A stretch of 53,806 nt of DNA from an uncultured Nitrososphaerota archaeon. Lineage in GTDB: Archaea; Thermoproteota; EX4484-205; JAAOZP01. Positions 37,386-47,305 of the stretch are shown here, one piece after another (within the stretch, counting starts at the first letter, position 1; every line of letters starts with the position of its first letter). Location of the stretch: NCBI GenBank assembly GCA_964416155.1, contig CAYQCW010000011.1, forward strand, positions 1-53,806, given 5' to 3'. The translations under genes and the position numbers were made by a program. The notes under the pieces are model-generated. The model was not told where the DNA came from, did not search any database, and worked only from the letters and a program-made list of their open reading frames with translations.

Positions 37386-38513
37386 CTAGCTGGGCGGTGG
37401 AGGAGGCGGAATTTCACTCTTGGGCTTCCTTCTCAATAGAATGACCACCAGTACCGCGACGAATACTGCCACAACTGCTCCTATGATGATGAGCCATGGG
37501 ATTTCTGGAGCGGCTACAGCTCCTTCCTCCGTCGAAACAGTTATTGTGACTGTCTGGTCGCCAATCCTGACATCGTACGACCCATCTTCAGTAAAGGATA
37601 ATTTGTGGCTTATACTCTTACTCTCACCCGGATTCAAAACAATCAGCCAACTCTTCTTAACCTGTCCGCCCAAGGTTATAGTCAGATTATGAGTACCCAT
37701 AGCGTTGCCGGTATTGGAAGCAGTAATCGTGATAGTGACTTCCTCGTTCGGCTTTAACCGTGTCTTATCAAGGTTGGCGTTAATCACTATGTTCGGCCTT
37801 GGCTGCGGGCTAACCAGCTCAACCGATAAAAGCTCTATCTTAACCCATTCCGTGCGATCGAGTAGCTCCCAGTATATTTTAACTATAAGGGTGCCGAAGC
37901 TGACCGGGGAGAACCACCATTCCACAATAGCACGGTAACCTTCCGGTGCATTCGTGTATCCTTCCCACTTGTATTTGTATATTAGAAGCTGGCTTGGGCC
38001 GAAGGTTCTAGTTTCTGGACCTATGTAAATCAGTCTTCCAAACCCGAGCCTCTCGTAACCGTACACCGTGGTAAAATTCCATGCCTTCTCCCAGTTGCCA
38101 ACCCAAGCAACCCAGACAAACAACATGAGGTTTCCAAACATCTCAGCGTATTGCCCCGTGTAGGTTTCCCCGCCAATCTCCGCCTGTAGGCATTTACCAG
38201 TCGACTTTGAGATCCACAGGAGCATAGTCTCGGTCTCCCCCTCCTCCTCATACTCCCATTCAACCTTCCACGCAGCCTCCCTGCTCACGGTTTCCTCTCC
38301 GAGAACCCGGAAGCCTATTTCTCCAACGGTCCCCTCTTCATCCGAGTAACGGTATCTGGCTGACTTAACGTTGTTCAGCAGGATCGCCACGCTCTCATAG
38401 TCAGATTGAGCGTAAGACACCATTAGCGGGTTTTGGGTTAGTGAAAGCATTATCAGAAGGATGAGGCAGAATGCTACTGGTTTCTGCTTTTCCGAACCAC
38501 TTAACGGTTGCAT
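37386..38513 (-). CDS. Cell-surface protein: signal peptide, unknown N-domain, CARDB Ig-like domain, C-terminal TM + polyproline tail
   Basis: N-terminal hydrophobic leader; SNTGNAMG, LNPGESK, GSYDV.IG; TM followed by RRKPKSEIPPPPPPS. Confidence 0.75.
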   Translation of the reverse strand: MQPLSGSEKQKPVAFCLILLIMLSLTQNPLMVSYAQSDYESVAILLNNVKSARYRYSDEEGTVGEIGFRVLGEETVSREAAWKVEWEYEEEGETETMLLWISKSTGKCLQAEIGGETYTGQYAEMFGNLMLFVWVAWVGNWEKAWNFTTVYGYERLGFGRLIYIGPETRTFGPSQLLIYKYKWEGYTNAPEGYRAIVEWWFSPVSFGTLIVKIYWELLDRTEWVKIELLSVELVSPQPRPNIVINANLDKTRLKPNEEVTITITASNTGNAMGTHNLTITLGGQVKKSWLIVLNPGESKSISHKLSFTEDGSYDVRIGDQTVTITVSTEEGAVAAPEIPWLIIIGAVVAVFVAVLVVILLRRKPKSEIPPPPPPS

Positions 38514-38617
38514 CTAAATATAATCTTAATACTCCTTATAAAGATTTTGTCTCCAGCGTGCGCTAAATGCCATTATTTCCCTGAGCACCAAGTGAAAGCT
38601 TTAAACGCTTGAAAACA

Positions 38618-39232
38618 TTATTTAAATGGCTTCTTTAGACAAGTGTTACTGACAGGACAAGCTCCACAGGCCTTTCTCCTGCAGTATTCCAGGTTTAGTC
38701 TGACGAGTTGAGACTCTACTTCTTTAATCCTCTTCACCCCGAGCCTCCGGGCGGTTTCAACGGCAAGTTTAGAAGGCTCAGGATCCGCTTTATTCCAGAC
38801 GCCTCTTAGCTCTCTAAGAAAAATATTGATCCCCACCGGCCCGATTCCTCGGAAACCGGCTAGCAGCTCCTCCAGATGCTCGGGAGACTCGGCTTTTTCA
38901 TGAACCTCATCTATGCTTCCAAACTTTTCTAAAAGGCTCTTCGAAACATCCAGCAGGTTCGTAGCTGTTGAAAAATCATACCTCACGTATCCTCCTGAGT
39001 CAAGAACCTCTACCAGTTTGTCCCATCCCGCTTCAAGTATTGCCTCCGGCGTTATGAGAATCTCCTCCTGAAACCTTTTGAAGGTCTTCTTAGCGATTTG
39101 AGACGATATTCTTTTGGCGAAGAGAATTGAGGCTAGAAACCACTTAAACCTGTCCTCGGGTTTCTTCAAATCCAAGCCTAGCTCTTCAGAGTAGGTCTTA
39201 AGATTCTTCAGCCTTCTTATCTCAGGATCCAC
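38618..39232 (-). CDS. HhH-GPD superfamily protein with C-terminal Cys cluster
   Basis: FKWFLASILF, GGYVRYD, HhH FRGIGP.GINIFLREL, C-x4-C-x2-C-x5-C. Confidence 0.7.
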   Translation of the reverse strand: MDPEIRRLKNLKTYSEELGLDLKKPEDRFKWFLASILFAKRISSQIAKKTFKRFQEEILITPEAILEAGWDKLVEVLDSGGYVRYDFSTATNLLDVSKSLLEKFGSIDEVHEKAESPEHLEELLAGFRGIGPVGINIFLRELRGVWNKADPEPSKLAVETARRLGVKRIKEVESQLVRLNLEYCRRKACGACPVSNTCLKKPFK

Positions 39233-39294
39233 GTGAAAAATAAGGAACGGTGAGCTTAAAGGTTTACTGCTGGAACAAATAGTTTTGAACGGTT

Positions 39295-40119
39295 TTAAAG
39301 CCGACTAGAGGAACTTAAGATATCTTTCAAATACTGAACGTCCTTCCGCGTTTGCATTATGATCTCGTCCAACGGCATGTCGTATTCGCTGTGTACAGAT
39401 ATTGGGCCCTTGAATTTAATTTTCTCGAGTATCTCGAAGAACTTTCGCCAGGGAACCAGTCCTTGGCTCAGAGGGATTATTCGCGCATACCATTTACCCC
39501 CCTCTTTAAACCAGCCGTAATCCTTAAGAGAGACCATTCTTATCATGTCGCTCAGAATATCCATCCCCATCAGCCATCCTGCCGCACCTCCTTCGACGAC
39601 CATGTGGCCGGGGTCGATGTAGGCTCCAACGAGGTCCGGGTCAAATTCCTTCAGGATCACCCATAGAATAGTTGGCTCTGCAGACATACACATACCAGAA
39701 TGAGTATGCAATGCTGAAGTTACGTGGTATTTTCTGCTTAACTCTTGAATCCCCGTAAGCTCTTTACGTATTTCCGCCAACTGCTTCTGGAGGAAGCCGA
39801 AGCCCTTGTACTTCCAGTAGCCAAGCTTTATGTATTTCACACTGTTTTCAGATGCTGCTCTGAAAATATCCTCTGCATACGGCTGGTCGGCACTAGTTAT
39901 CTCAGTCGTTATCATCGGAATTTTCAAACCCTTAGACTTGAACGTTTCAACGACCTCCGGAAGTTTCTTCAAGGCGTCTGGGGGTTCGATGGAACCGCCT
40001 GACCTAACGGTTAGGTCGACGCCTTCTAATCCCAATTCCGCAACAAGATCAGCGAGCTTCGTTAAGGGGATGGATTGAAACATTTTTGAAAACAGGATTA
40101 GTTGCATGCCTTCATTCAT
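39295..40119 (-). CDS. Sugar phosphate isomerase/epimerase (xylose isomerase-like TIM barrel)
   Basis: FSK, GVDLTVR.GG, H.HSG, DPGH..VEG, LKD, G.V.W, SVHSEY. Confidence 0.85.
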   Translation of the reverse strand: MNEGMQLILFSKMFQSIPLTKLADLVAELGLEGVDLTVRSGGSIEPPDALKKLPEVVETFKSKGLKIPMITTEITSADQPYAEDIFRAASENSVKYIKLGYWKYKGFGFLQKQLAEIRKELTGIQELSRKYHVTSALHTHSGMCMSAEPTILWVILKEFDPDLVGAYIDPGHMVVEGGAAGWLMGMDILSDMIRMVSLKDYGWFKEGGKWYARIIPLSQGLVPWRKFFEILEKIKFKGPISVHSEYDMPLDEIIMQTRKDVQYLKDILSSSSRL

Positions 40120-40126
40120 CCTCCCA

Positions 40127-41482
40127 TTATAATCCCAAGCCCATCGTCCCGTTGAGGCATCCCGTTTTTATCTTTCCTTCCTCGACTTTGAACAATTCCA
40201 GATACTTTTCCTGAACATCCTTAAATGCGAAGGGCAAGTATTGCCTCGCATTGTACTCAACCCCCATTATCGGTTTTGTTCTCGCGGCAAACCCTGCTGA
40301 CTGCACAAAAGCTAAGCCAGGGCAGGTTAGATCCTGTATACTGTAAGGTATTCCCAGCTCCTCAGCCTTGGCCGCGAGAATGATAACTGAGCTTTGACAC
40401 TTGCACGTCTTTATCGCAACCCCGGACCAGCCCAGCTTCATCGCCAAGTCGAAGCTTCTCAAGTTGGTGATGCCCTCATCCGCTAACACGGGTTTTACTT
40501 CCGCAACCATCCCCATGTCGAACATGTATTTCTCGATGTCCCTGCTAACTGGCTGCTCGACGTAAAGGATTCTTTCGAAGGCTTCGGGAACCTCCTTCTT
40601 AACCCTTCTCAAGTATTCTAAAACGGCTTCGGGAGAAGTGTGCATCTCGTTGGAGTCCACGGACAGATAGAAATCTTTCCTACCCTGCTTCTTCAAAGAC
40701 TCCGTTATCACTTGGGTGACTTCCTTGGTCCTCTTCACATCCCAATCCAAATCATTGCCCTTGAGCTTAATCTTGAAACAGAAGAGCCCGTCCCTCTCAA
40801 TCCATTCCTCCAAACTCACCGGTAGACCATCGGGCGACCCTGCCGTTTCCTCCCTCCTCAGCTCATCCAATCCGCCTACCAGATGGAAAATCGGGATTTC
40901 GGAGGAGTATTCAGGTTTAATGTAGCCAGTTATATACTTATTCCTGAATTTTTCTCCAAGGTAGAAGCTCAAGTCATGATTGACATACTTAGGACCATAA
41001 CCTTCGTAGCTGCATATTTCGTTAACTTTTCCAAACCCGTCGTGAAGGGAAGCATCTATTGGGGAAACCCCCAGTAGAGATGCAAGAATGGGAAGCTCCT
41101 CTTTAAGCCCCAGCTCTGAGGAAACCCTCCGAGCGATACGGGGTATTTCCTCTTCATGTCTTACAAACCAGTCTATAGGATGCATGAACCTGCATTCAGC
41201 CTCTTTAACCAGCAGCTCCCTGTAGCGTTCGGCGACAAGCCTCATGGCTTCAAGTTTTTTCTCACGGGTTTCCCCAGCGCTTGGAAACGCCCATTCGCAG
41301 GCCAGCGGCATAGATCCCAAGCCTAGGGACTCCTTCCCATCCCTGTTTTTAACCACGGTGGTTACTATGAGCGAAGTGGACTCCTCTACCACGACGCTCC
41401 CGAATTTCAGAGGAGTCCTAAGCCTCTGGCTGCTGTATTCAAAACTTATTTCAACCGGCCGAATATCAGAATCCTTACCCAT
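40127..41482 (-). CDS. Enolase superfamily (mandelate racemase/MLE-like) enzyme
   Basis: RTPLKFG, KIKLKG (KxK), metal ligands DSNE / EQP / ADEG, AIKTCK. Confidence 0.8.
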   Translation of the reverse strand: MGKDSDIRPVEISFEYSSQRLRTPLKFGSVVVEESTSLIVTTVVKNRDGKESLGLGSMPLACEWAFPSAGETREKKLEAMRLVAERYRELLVKEAECRFMHPIDWFVRHEEEIPRIARRVSSELGLKEELPILASLLGVSPIDASLHDGFGKVNEICSYEGYGPKYVNHDLSFYLGEKFRNKYITGYIKPEYSSEIPIFHLVGGLDELRREETAGSPDGLPVSLEEWIERDGLFCFKIKLKGNDLDWDVKRTKEVTQVITESLKKQGRKDFYLSVDSNEMHTSPEAVLEYLRRVKKEVPEAFERILYVEQPVSRDIEKYMFDMGMVAEVKPVLADEGITNLRSFDLAMKLGWSGVAIKTCKCQSSVIILAAKAEELGIPYSIQDLTCPGLAFVQSAGFAARTKPIMGVEYNARQYLPFAFKDVQEKYLELFKVEEGKIKTGCLNGTMGLGL

Positions 41483-41510
41483 TGCGAAGGCGACACTGTT
41501 CCCGCATTCT

Positions 41511-42485
41511 TTAACTTTTCGCTGAAGCTTGTAAACACTGTTTTTTCAATGCTGCTTCTCTCGCTTCAGAAGCCCGCTTAAAATATTCCTCCCTGGTTTC
41601 TAGGCTGAACTCTTCAATAACTTTTCCCACGGTGATTTCCTCGTCTTCGCAAGACATGATTAACACTGCTTCCGGCCGAGCCACTTCAAAACAGATCTTT
41701 GAACCATACTTCTCTTTTATCCGATCCATTTGTTGCCAGTTGTAGTCCAGATGCAAAACCTCGTAGTCCAGGTTTATGTCGCAGCATATAACCGGCTGGT
41801 AGCTGCTGGAAACAGCTAGAACCCTGCCCAAGGGGTTTATAATCATGCTCCCTCTATCGTCAGCTATTGAGGAAACCATGTAGACACCATGGTTGAAAGC
41901 CCATGTCTTCAACTGTAGTCCTCCAGGATACATGGATGGGAAGAACACGATCTTAACCCGGTTCTTGGCCAAGCCCTTGATAACGTCTTCGAAATTCAGG
42001 TCGAAACATATTGCAACACCGATTCTCCCAAAGTCTAGTTCGAACACCTTAGCCTCAACACCCGGCGTAACGCCTGCTTCAATCTCCCATATCGTAGGGT
42101 GAATCTTATCGTAGCTTCCAACATACTCCCCGTCTCTACCTATTAAAACAGCCGAGTTGTAAACTTTACGGCCCTCCCTCCGCATCATCGGGGAGACTAC
42201 GTGAATCCTGTTCTGCCTGGCGAATGACGATACTCTTGTGAAGATTGCTCCCGGGATTTCCTCAGCGTTCCTCACCATCTCCTCCATGCTTAACCCTAGA
42301 AAGGGCGAGCATTCGGGGAGGCAAATTACATCCGGCTTATCGAAAACGGCTCTATTTAAAAGCCGCAGTATTTCATTAACATTGTTCTCTATTGTTTCGC
42401 TGACTGTTTCCCGCCTGATCCCTCTAAAAGTTACAGTGGCTACGCGAACATGCTCCGCCAACTTGTTTCTAAACAGCAATCTCAC
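41511..42485 (-). CDS. Carbon-nitrogen hydrolase (nitrilase superfamily)
   Basis: Triad ICLPE, YDKIHP, ICFDLNF. Confidence 0.9.
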   Translation of the reverse strand: MRLLFRNKLAEHVRVATVTFRGIRRETVSETIENNVNEILRLLNRAVFDKPDVICLPECSPFLGLSMEEMVRNAEEIPGAIFTRVSSFARQNRIHVVSPMMRREGRKVYNSAVLIGRDGEYVGSYDKIHPTIWEIEAGVTPGVEAKVFELDFGRIGVAICFDLNFEDVIKGLAKNRVKIVFFPSMYPGGLQLKTWAFNHGVYMVSSIADDRGSMIINPLGRVLAVSSSYQPVICCDINLDYEVLHLDYNWQQMDRIKEKYGSKICFEVARPEAVLIMSCEDEEITVGKVIEEFSLETREEYFKRASEAREAALKKQCLQASAKS

Positions 42486-42519
42486 GATTTAAATATTGCT
42501 CACGTTTTAGAAACAGGCT

Positions 42520-43542
42520 ATGAGTCCAAAGGATGAGAAAATCAGGGTTCTAATAACAATACCTAGAACCCTTTACAAGAAGGTCTCAAGGGTTGAAGAC
42601 GAGGAGGCACTTAAGTCTTTTTCAGAATGCGTTTTCAACCCATTGGATAGGAATCTTAACGAGGAGGAGCTGTCAAAGCTTATAGTTGACATGGACGGGT
42701 GTATTACAAGCTGGGGTTCTCCAAGGTTCACTGAAACCGTTTTGAATAACGCGAACAGGCTTAAAATCATAGGTCATGCTGCTGGAAGCGTTAAGCCCTA
42801 CGTGATGGACGAGGTTTTTAAGAAAGGAATAGTCGTTGTTAACGCTGCTTCAACAATAGCTAAGCCAGTGGCGGAGTTTACCCTCGCCATGATTCTGAAC
42901 TGCTTAAGGGGAATACCGAATTATGTTGAAGCGATGAGAAGGAAAGCTTGGAGTTACAGGGATCAGAAAAGCTTTACGACTTATGATTTAAGAGGGAAGG
43001 CAGTAGGAGTAGTAGGGTTTGGGGCTGTTGCCAGAGAATTGGTGAAACTGCTTAAACCGTTCGAAGTCAGCGTGATTATATACGACCCTTATGTTGAGCC
43101 AAGCCAAGCTGCTGCATGCGGAGCCAGAAAAGCTGATTTAAACGAGCTGCTTACATGTTCAGACGTGGTTACTCTACATGCTGCTTCAACCCCGGAAACC
43201 CGCCACATGATCGGCGAGAAAGAGTTTAGACTAATGAAGCCTACAGCCTACTTGATAAACACGTCGAGAGGCGCTCTCATAGATGAGAACGCCCTGGTTA
43301 AAGCTTTAAAGGAGAAATGGATAGCGGGGGCGGCACTGGATGTTTTTGAACACGAGCCTTTGGAGAGCAATAGTCTCCTGTACGATTTGGAGAACGTTTT
43401 TCTAACACCCCACATAGCGGGCGGGTCTGATGAGAAGACGAGACAGTTGTTCGGCACAGTCGTCGAGGATTTTAAAAGATTCTTTTCAGGAGAAAAGCCT
43501 ATTAATGAGGTGTCGTATGAGAAGCTTAAAGTTCTCGCTTAA
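42520..43542 (+). CDS. D-isomer-specific 2-hydroxyacid dehydrogenase
   Basis: HAAGSVK, VGFGAVA, INTSRG, LDVFEHEP, TPHIAG. Confidence 0.92.
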   Translation: MSPKDEKIRVLITIPRTLYKKVSRVEDEEALKSFSECVFNPLDRNLNEEELSKLIVDMDGCITSWGSPRFTETVLNNANRLKIIGHAAGSVKPYVMDEVFKKGIVVVNAASTIAKPVAEFTLAMILNCLRGIPNYVEAMRRKAWSYRDQKSFTTYDLRGKAVGVVGFGAVARELVKLLKPFEVSVIIYDPYVEPSQAAACGARKADLNELLTCSDVVTLHAASTPETRHMIGEKEFRLMKPTAYLINTSRGALIDENALVKALKEKWIAGAALDVFEHEPLESNSLLYDLENVFLTPHIAGGSDEKTRQLFGTVVEDFKRFFSGEKPINEVSYEKLKVLA

Positions 43543-43663
43543 AGTTTTTCGAAAAACACTGTTGAAGCTAGAATTTTCCTTTCGTTTTCTACAAGCACAT
43601 TATTTCTCCTTGAAAAATAAACACTTAAATAAGAAAGCTGGATAACCCACTGTAAACCGGTTA

Positions 43664-44353
43664 ATGAGAAAAGGATTAGGCGCAGAAGACGTTGCGGTCT
43701 CAATCCTAGAGAAGCTTGGTTACACGGTCTTAGAAAAAAGGAAGCCTATAGTTGTAGGAGGAGTAAAGGTTGCCGAGATAGATATGGTCGCTAGAGATCA
43801 GGAGGGAAATGTTTTAGCGGTTGAGGTTAAGTCCGGCAAGGCTTCTGTTACTGATGTTAGACAGGCTTTCAGCAACTCTAAGCTTTTGAAAGTTAAGCCG
43901 CTCCTAGTCTGCAAAGGGTTTTCTGACGCTTCGGCAGCTAGCCTTGCCAGCGAGCTGGGTGTCAGATACATCCTTCTCCCAGAGTACTACCTTTTCACGT
44001 TTGAAGACTTTAAAGAGGTTTCAAAGGATATTGTACATGATTTGTTGACAATGTACTTGTCGCTCAACGTTGAGGAAATTAAAGGTGAGGAGGAGAGAAT
44101 AGTTGAGGCTATTGCCGGCTCGAACAATTTTTCAGAAGCCTCTGCGAAGCTGAACACTTCAGAGGAGGAGCTTGGAAAAATAATTTCTAATATGAATGTT
44201 TTCAGGCCCGGGGATAAACAGGGCTTCAGCCAACTTAAGCTTAGAGCACTACTTGTTAAAAACAGGCTTAACGATAAGAAGCGGGTTGAAAGCATTGAGC
44301 GTAAACTTAATGCTCTTGAAAGGAAAATAGATTGTTTGAAAAATAAAAAATAA
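43664..44353 (+). CDS. PD-(D/E)xK (RecB/YraN-like) endonuclease with coiled-coil C-terminus
   Basis: E.VA..LEKLGY, EIDMVA, AVEVKSG, DVRQA. Confidence 0.75.
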   Translation: MRKGLGAEDVAVSILEKLGYTVLEKRKPIVVGGVKVAEIDMVARDQEGNVLAVEVKSGKASVTDVRQAFSNSKLLKVKPLLVCKGFSDASAASLASELGVRYILLPEYYLFTFEDFKEVSKDIVHDLLTMYLSLNVEEIKGEEERIVEAIAGSNNFSEASAKLNTSEEELGKIISNMNVFRPGDKQGFSQLKLRALLVKNRLNDKKRVESIERKLNALERKIDCLKNKK

Positions 44354-44356
44354 GGT

Positions 44357-45049
44357 TTACTTTTCCTCTAGCTTCCTATGACAGAACCACCAGTCGAAGC
44401 ATTCGAATTCGCCTGCTTTAGCCTTCTCGAGACGGTTTTTCGCCGTTTCCACGTCTCTGGCTGGCGGGATTATAACGCGGTCGCCAACCAGCTCGTTGTT
44501 CGGCCAGTTTGCCGGCATCGCAACACCGTTCCTGTCGGAGATCTGCATGGCTTCCACAACCCTAACTATCTCATCCATGTTTCTCCCCAGCTCCTGCGGA
44601 TAGTAGAGAATTATGCGTATCTTCCCCTTATCGTCAACTACGAATACTGCTCTAACCGTGTTGGTTCCTTTCCCAGGATGGATGAGCCCCAGCCTCTCAG
44701 CAATCTCTCCAGTGTCAGCGATTATCGGAAACTTTATTTCAACACCCAGCTTCTCCTTTATCCACTCCATCCATTTCATGTGTGAGAAAACCTGGTCGAC
44801 GCTGAGACCGATTAACTCGCAGTTCAACGCTTTAAACTTGTCGTATCTTTTCTGGAAGGCGACGAACTCCGTTGTGCAGACTGGAGTGAAGTCTGCAGGA
44901 TGGCTGAACAACACGAACCATTTTCCGGAGAAAGCCTTAGGAAGCTCCATAACCCCGTGTGTCGTTTGAACCTTCATCTCCGGAAAATCATCCCCGAGAA
45001 GAGGCATGCCTTTCTTCCTAATCTCGACAATTTTCTCTAATTTCTCCAT
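44357..45049 (-). CDS. Peroxiredoxin (archaeal Prx6-like)
   Basis: [36 protein letters not shown]. Confidence 0.95.
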   Translation of the reverse strand: MEKLEKIVEIRKKGMPLLGDDFPEMKVQTTHGVMELPKAFSGKWFVLFSHPADFTPVCTTEFVAFQKRYDKFKALNCELIGLSVDQVFSHMKWMEWIKEKLGVEIKFPIIADTGEIAERLGLIHPGKGTNTVRAVFVVDDKGKIRIILYYPQELGRNMDEIVRVVEAMQISDRNGVAMPANWPNNELVGDRVIIPPARDVETAKNRLEKAKAGEFECFDWWFCHRKLEEK

Positions 45050-45190
45050 TTTACCCTCATCCTAATTATTCTACCCTCTTCAGATAAACTTTTCCGAAAA
45101 ACCGTTGAAGAGGAAACAGTGGAAAAAGCAAGGAACAGCTTAATAGGCCTTTAATGGCTGATCGCCTAATGCGGGTTCCAAACCGTTTCA

Positions 45191-46159
45191 CTAGTCTCTT
45201 GAAGCCTTCTTCCCCGCTTCCTTTAAGACTTCGACCGGGGGTTTTAAGCCTACTTCTCTAAACGCTATCATTAGCGCTCCCACAGCAGGAGGGTACGCGG
45301 GCCTCCTAACAATAACCTTTCTGTACCCTGATGAAAGATGCTTCCGAATGCTTCTAGCAAGTATGTTCGGATGATGGTTGAACATTCCTCCGACAAAGTA
45401 AATGTTCAACTCGTCTTCAGGGGTTAACCCCATCCGCCTAGCCACAGCCAGCACGCCTTTCGAGAGGGATTCTGCCGCATTCTGAATTATGCTCCTAGCG
45501 ACCAAATCCCCCTTCTCCGCCTCAGCGTTAACTGTTTTTGCGAATAGAGCTATACGCTCCTTCCTCATTTCGTGAACCCTTTTAGCCAACTCCTCCATGC
45601 TCCTAGCTTTGAAGAAACGCTGCGCCACCTCCTCCAGGCTTGTCTCACTCCCTCTCCCATCGTAAGACTGGAATGCTGCTCTCAAAGCCTCTACTGAAAC
45701 AGAGTATGCACCACCATCATCGTTAAAGACATGGCCCCACCCCCCTGCTCGGAAGAATGACCCTCCTGACACACCTAGAACTACGGAGCCTGTTCCAGCT
45801 ATGACTACAACACCCTGCCTGTCAAACCCTAGGCAGGCTGCTGCAGCAGCCTCAACATCACTTTTAATCAGGATTTTACCGGCCCTAATCTTCCCGCGAA
45901 ACAGTTTTGCCAGCCTTCCGCCTGATGTCCAAGCTCCTGAGAGGCAGAGTGCAACGACTTCAGCTTCATCGCACTTGAGTTTCCTCAAAGCCCCGTTAAA
46001 CGCTTCCCTTACGGAAAGCAGGGTTGTTTCCGGACCCGCTGAAAGAATGTTCGAAGGCCCGGATTTGCATGCAGCGACACGCCAGGAGCATGTCTCGACG
46101 GCAAGGCATCTGGTTGAGCTAGCACCCCCGTCTACGCCGGCGACAATAATGCGTTTCAA
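45191..46159 (-). CDS. BadF/BadG/BcrA/BcrD-type N-acetylhexosamine kinase (MurK/NAGK-like)
   Basis: GVDGGASST, GPSN, SD..AA, IAGTGS, RAGGWGHVFNDDGGAY, YDGRG, VGGMF, AVGA. Confidence 0.85.
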   Translation of the reverse strand: MKRIIVAGVDGGASSTRCLAVETCSWRVAACKSGPSNILSAGPETTLLSVREAFNGALRKLKCDEAEVVALCLSGAWTSGGRLAKLFRGKIRAGKILIKSDVEAAAAACLGFDRQGVVVIAGTGSVVLGVSGGSFFRAGGWGHVFNDDGGAYSVSVEALRAAFQSYDGRGSETSLEEVAQRFFKARSMEELAKRVHEMRKERIALFAKTVNAEAEKGDLVARSIIQNAAESLSKGVLAVARRMGLTPEDELNIYFVGGMFNHHPNILARSIRKHLSSGYRKVIVRRPAYPPAVGALMIAFREVGLKPPVEVLKEAGKKASRD

Positions 46160-47304
46160 TCGTATAGAAGAACCCTTCTGATTCTGGCTTTAAACCTTTT
46201 TTGCTCGTCCCTCAGCTTTAAAACTATCTCCTCAACACTCATCCCGCTTAAGATGTTTCTCCTAGTCACGCTGTCCCCGAGCAACCTATCCATCTTTCCG
46301 TGATCAACTTCAAACTCCACAGGGTTAGCCTTCAGCACGGATTGAACAATGTGCACCGCAACCTTGAAAGACCTAACTCTCCCCGTGTTTCTAACCATCA
46401 AGTGGACTCCCCTGCAAACCTGCCCCTTATGCTTCGAGGAGGAGGGGATAAACCTTGTTTCCATAACGAGACACTCATCGCCCAGCCTTCTTTTCAACGT
46501 GGAAGCGAGCTCCGCCGACTTGAGCCATGGGGCGCCGAAGACTTCGAACGGCTTATACGTTCCCCTACCCTCAGACAGGTTCGTTGCTTCAAGCAGAACC
46601 ATCCCGGAGTAGAGCAGCGCAGTGGCTGGAGTCGGTATTGCAGGTGAAGGATATACCCAGGGGAGACCCGTTTCAGGGTAGTGCATCATCCTTCTCCACC
46701 CGGACATCCTCACCACCTCAGGAGGCTTCAAACCCTTATCGTAAGCGTAGAGGAGACAAAGTTCACCAGGAGTCATACCGTATCTAAGGGGAAGATAATA
46801 TGGTCCAACGAATGATTCCAGCCCCTTCTTCAAGACCGGCCCCTCAACGGTGAGGCCCCCCAGCGGGTTAGGCCTGTCAAGAATCATGAAGCCGATACTG
46901 TTTCTACAAGCCTCTTCAAAACAGTTTAGCATCGTCGATATGTAGGTGTAGGTCCTGCAACCAACGTCCTGAATGTCGTAAACGAGTAGGTCTAGCTCCT
47001 CAAGCGCTTCAACGCTAGGCTTTCTCTGTGCACCGTATAGGCTTTGAACCCTAACCGTTTTTAAAGGAAGGCTTTCAGGCTCCACAGGCTCACCGGCGCC
47101 ATAGGCTCCCCACAATCCGTGTTCAGGCGTAAAGATAGTTTTAACACGTATTCTTTTTTCCAAGAGCCGCAGATAGGAGGGCTCCAGGCTTCTCGTCACC
47201 GAAGTATGGTTTACAACCAGCCCTATGTTTAGGTCGGATAGCCGTTCAAGCAGTTTCTTATTTTCGAGAAGCACGTCTAGCCCAGGCTTAACCCTGCTTG
47301 CCAA
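46156..47304 (-). CDS. namZ: Exo-beta-N-acetylmuramidase NamZ (DUF1343/GH171)
   Basis: VKPGLDVLL, GLVVNHTS, FTPEHG, SLYG..RKPS, DIQDVGCRTYTY, LDRPNPLGG, R.GMT.GE, W..PSP, TNLSEGRGT.KPFE.FGAPW. Confidence 0.9.
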   Translation of the reverse strand: MASRVKPGLDVLLENKKLLERLSDLNIGLVVNHTSVTRSLEPSYLRLLEKRIRVKTIFTPEHGLWGAYGAGEPVEPESLPLKTVRVQSLYGAQRKPSVEALEELDLLVYDIQDVGCRTYTYISTMLNCFEEACRNSIGFMILDRPNPLGGLTVEGPVLKKGLESFVGPYYLPLRYGMTPGELCLLYAYDKGLKPPEVVRMSGWRRMMHYPETGLPWVYPSPAIPTPATALLYSGMVLLEATNLSEGRGTYKPFEVFGAPWLKSAELASTLKRRLGDECLVMETRFIPSSSKHKGQVCRGVHLMVRNTGRVRSFKVAVHIVQSVLKANPVEFEVDHGKMDRLLGDSVTRRNILSGMSVEEIVLKLRDEQKRFKARIRRVLLYD

Positions 47305-47305
47305 A

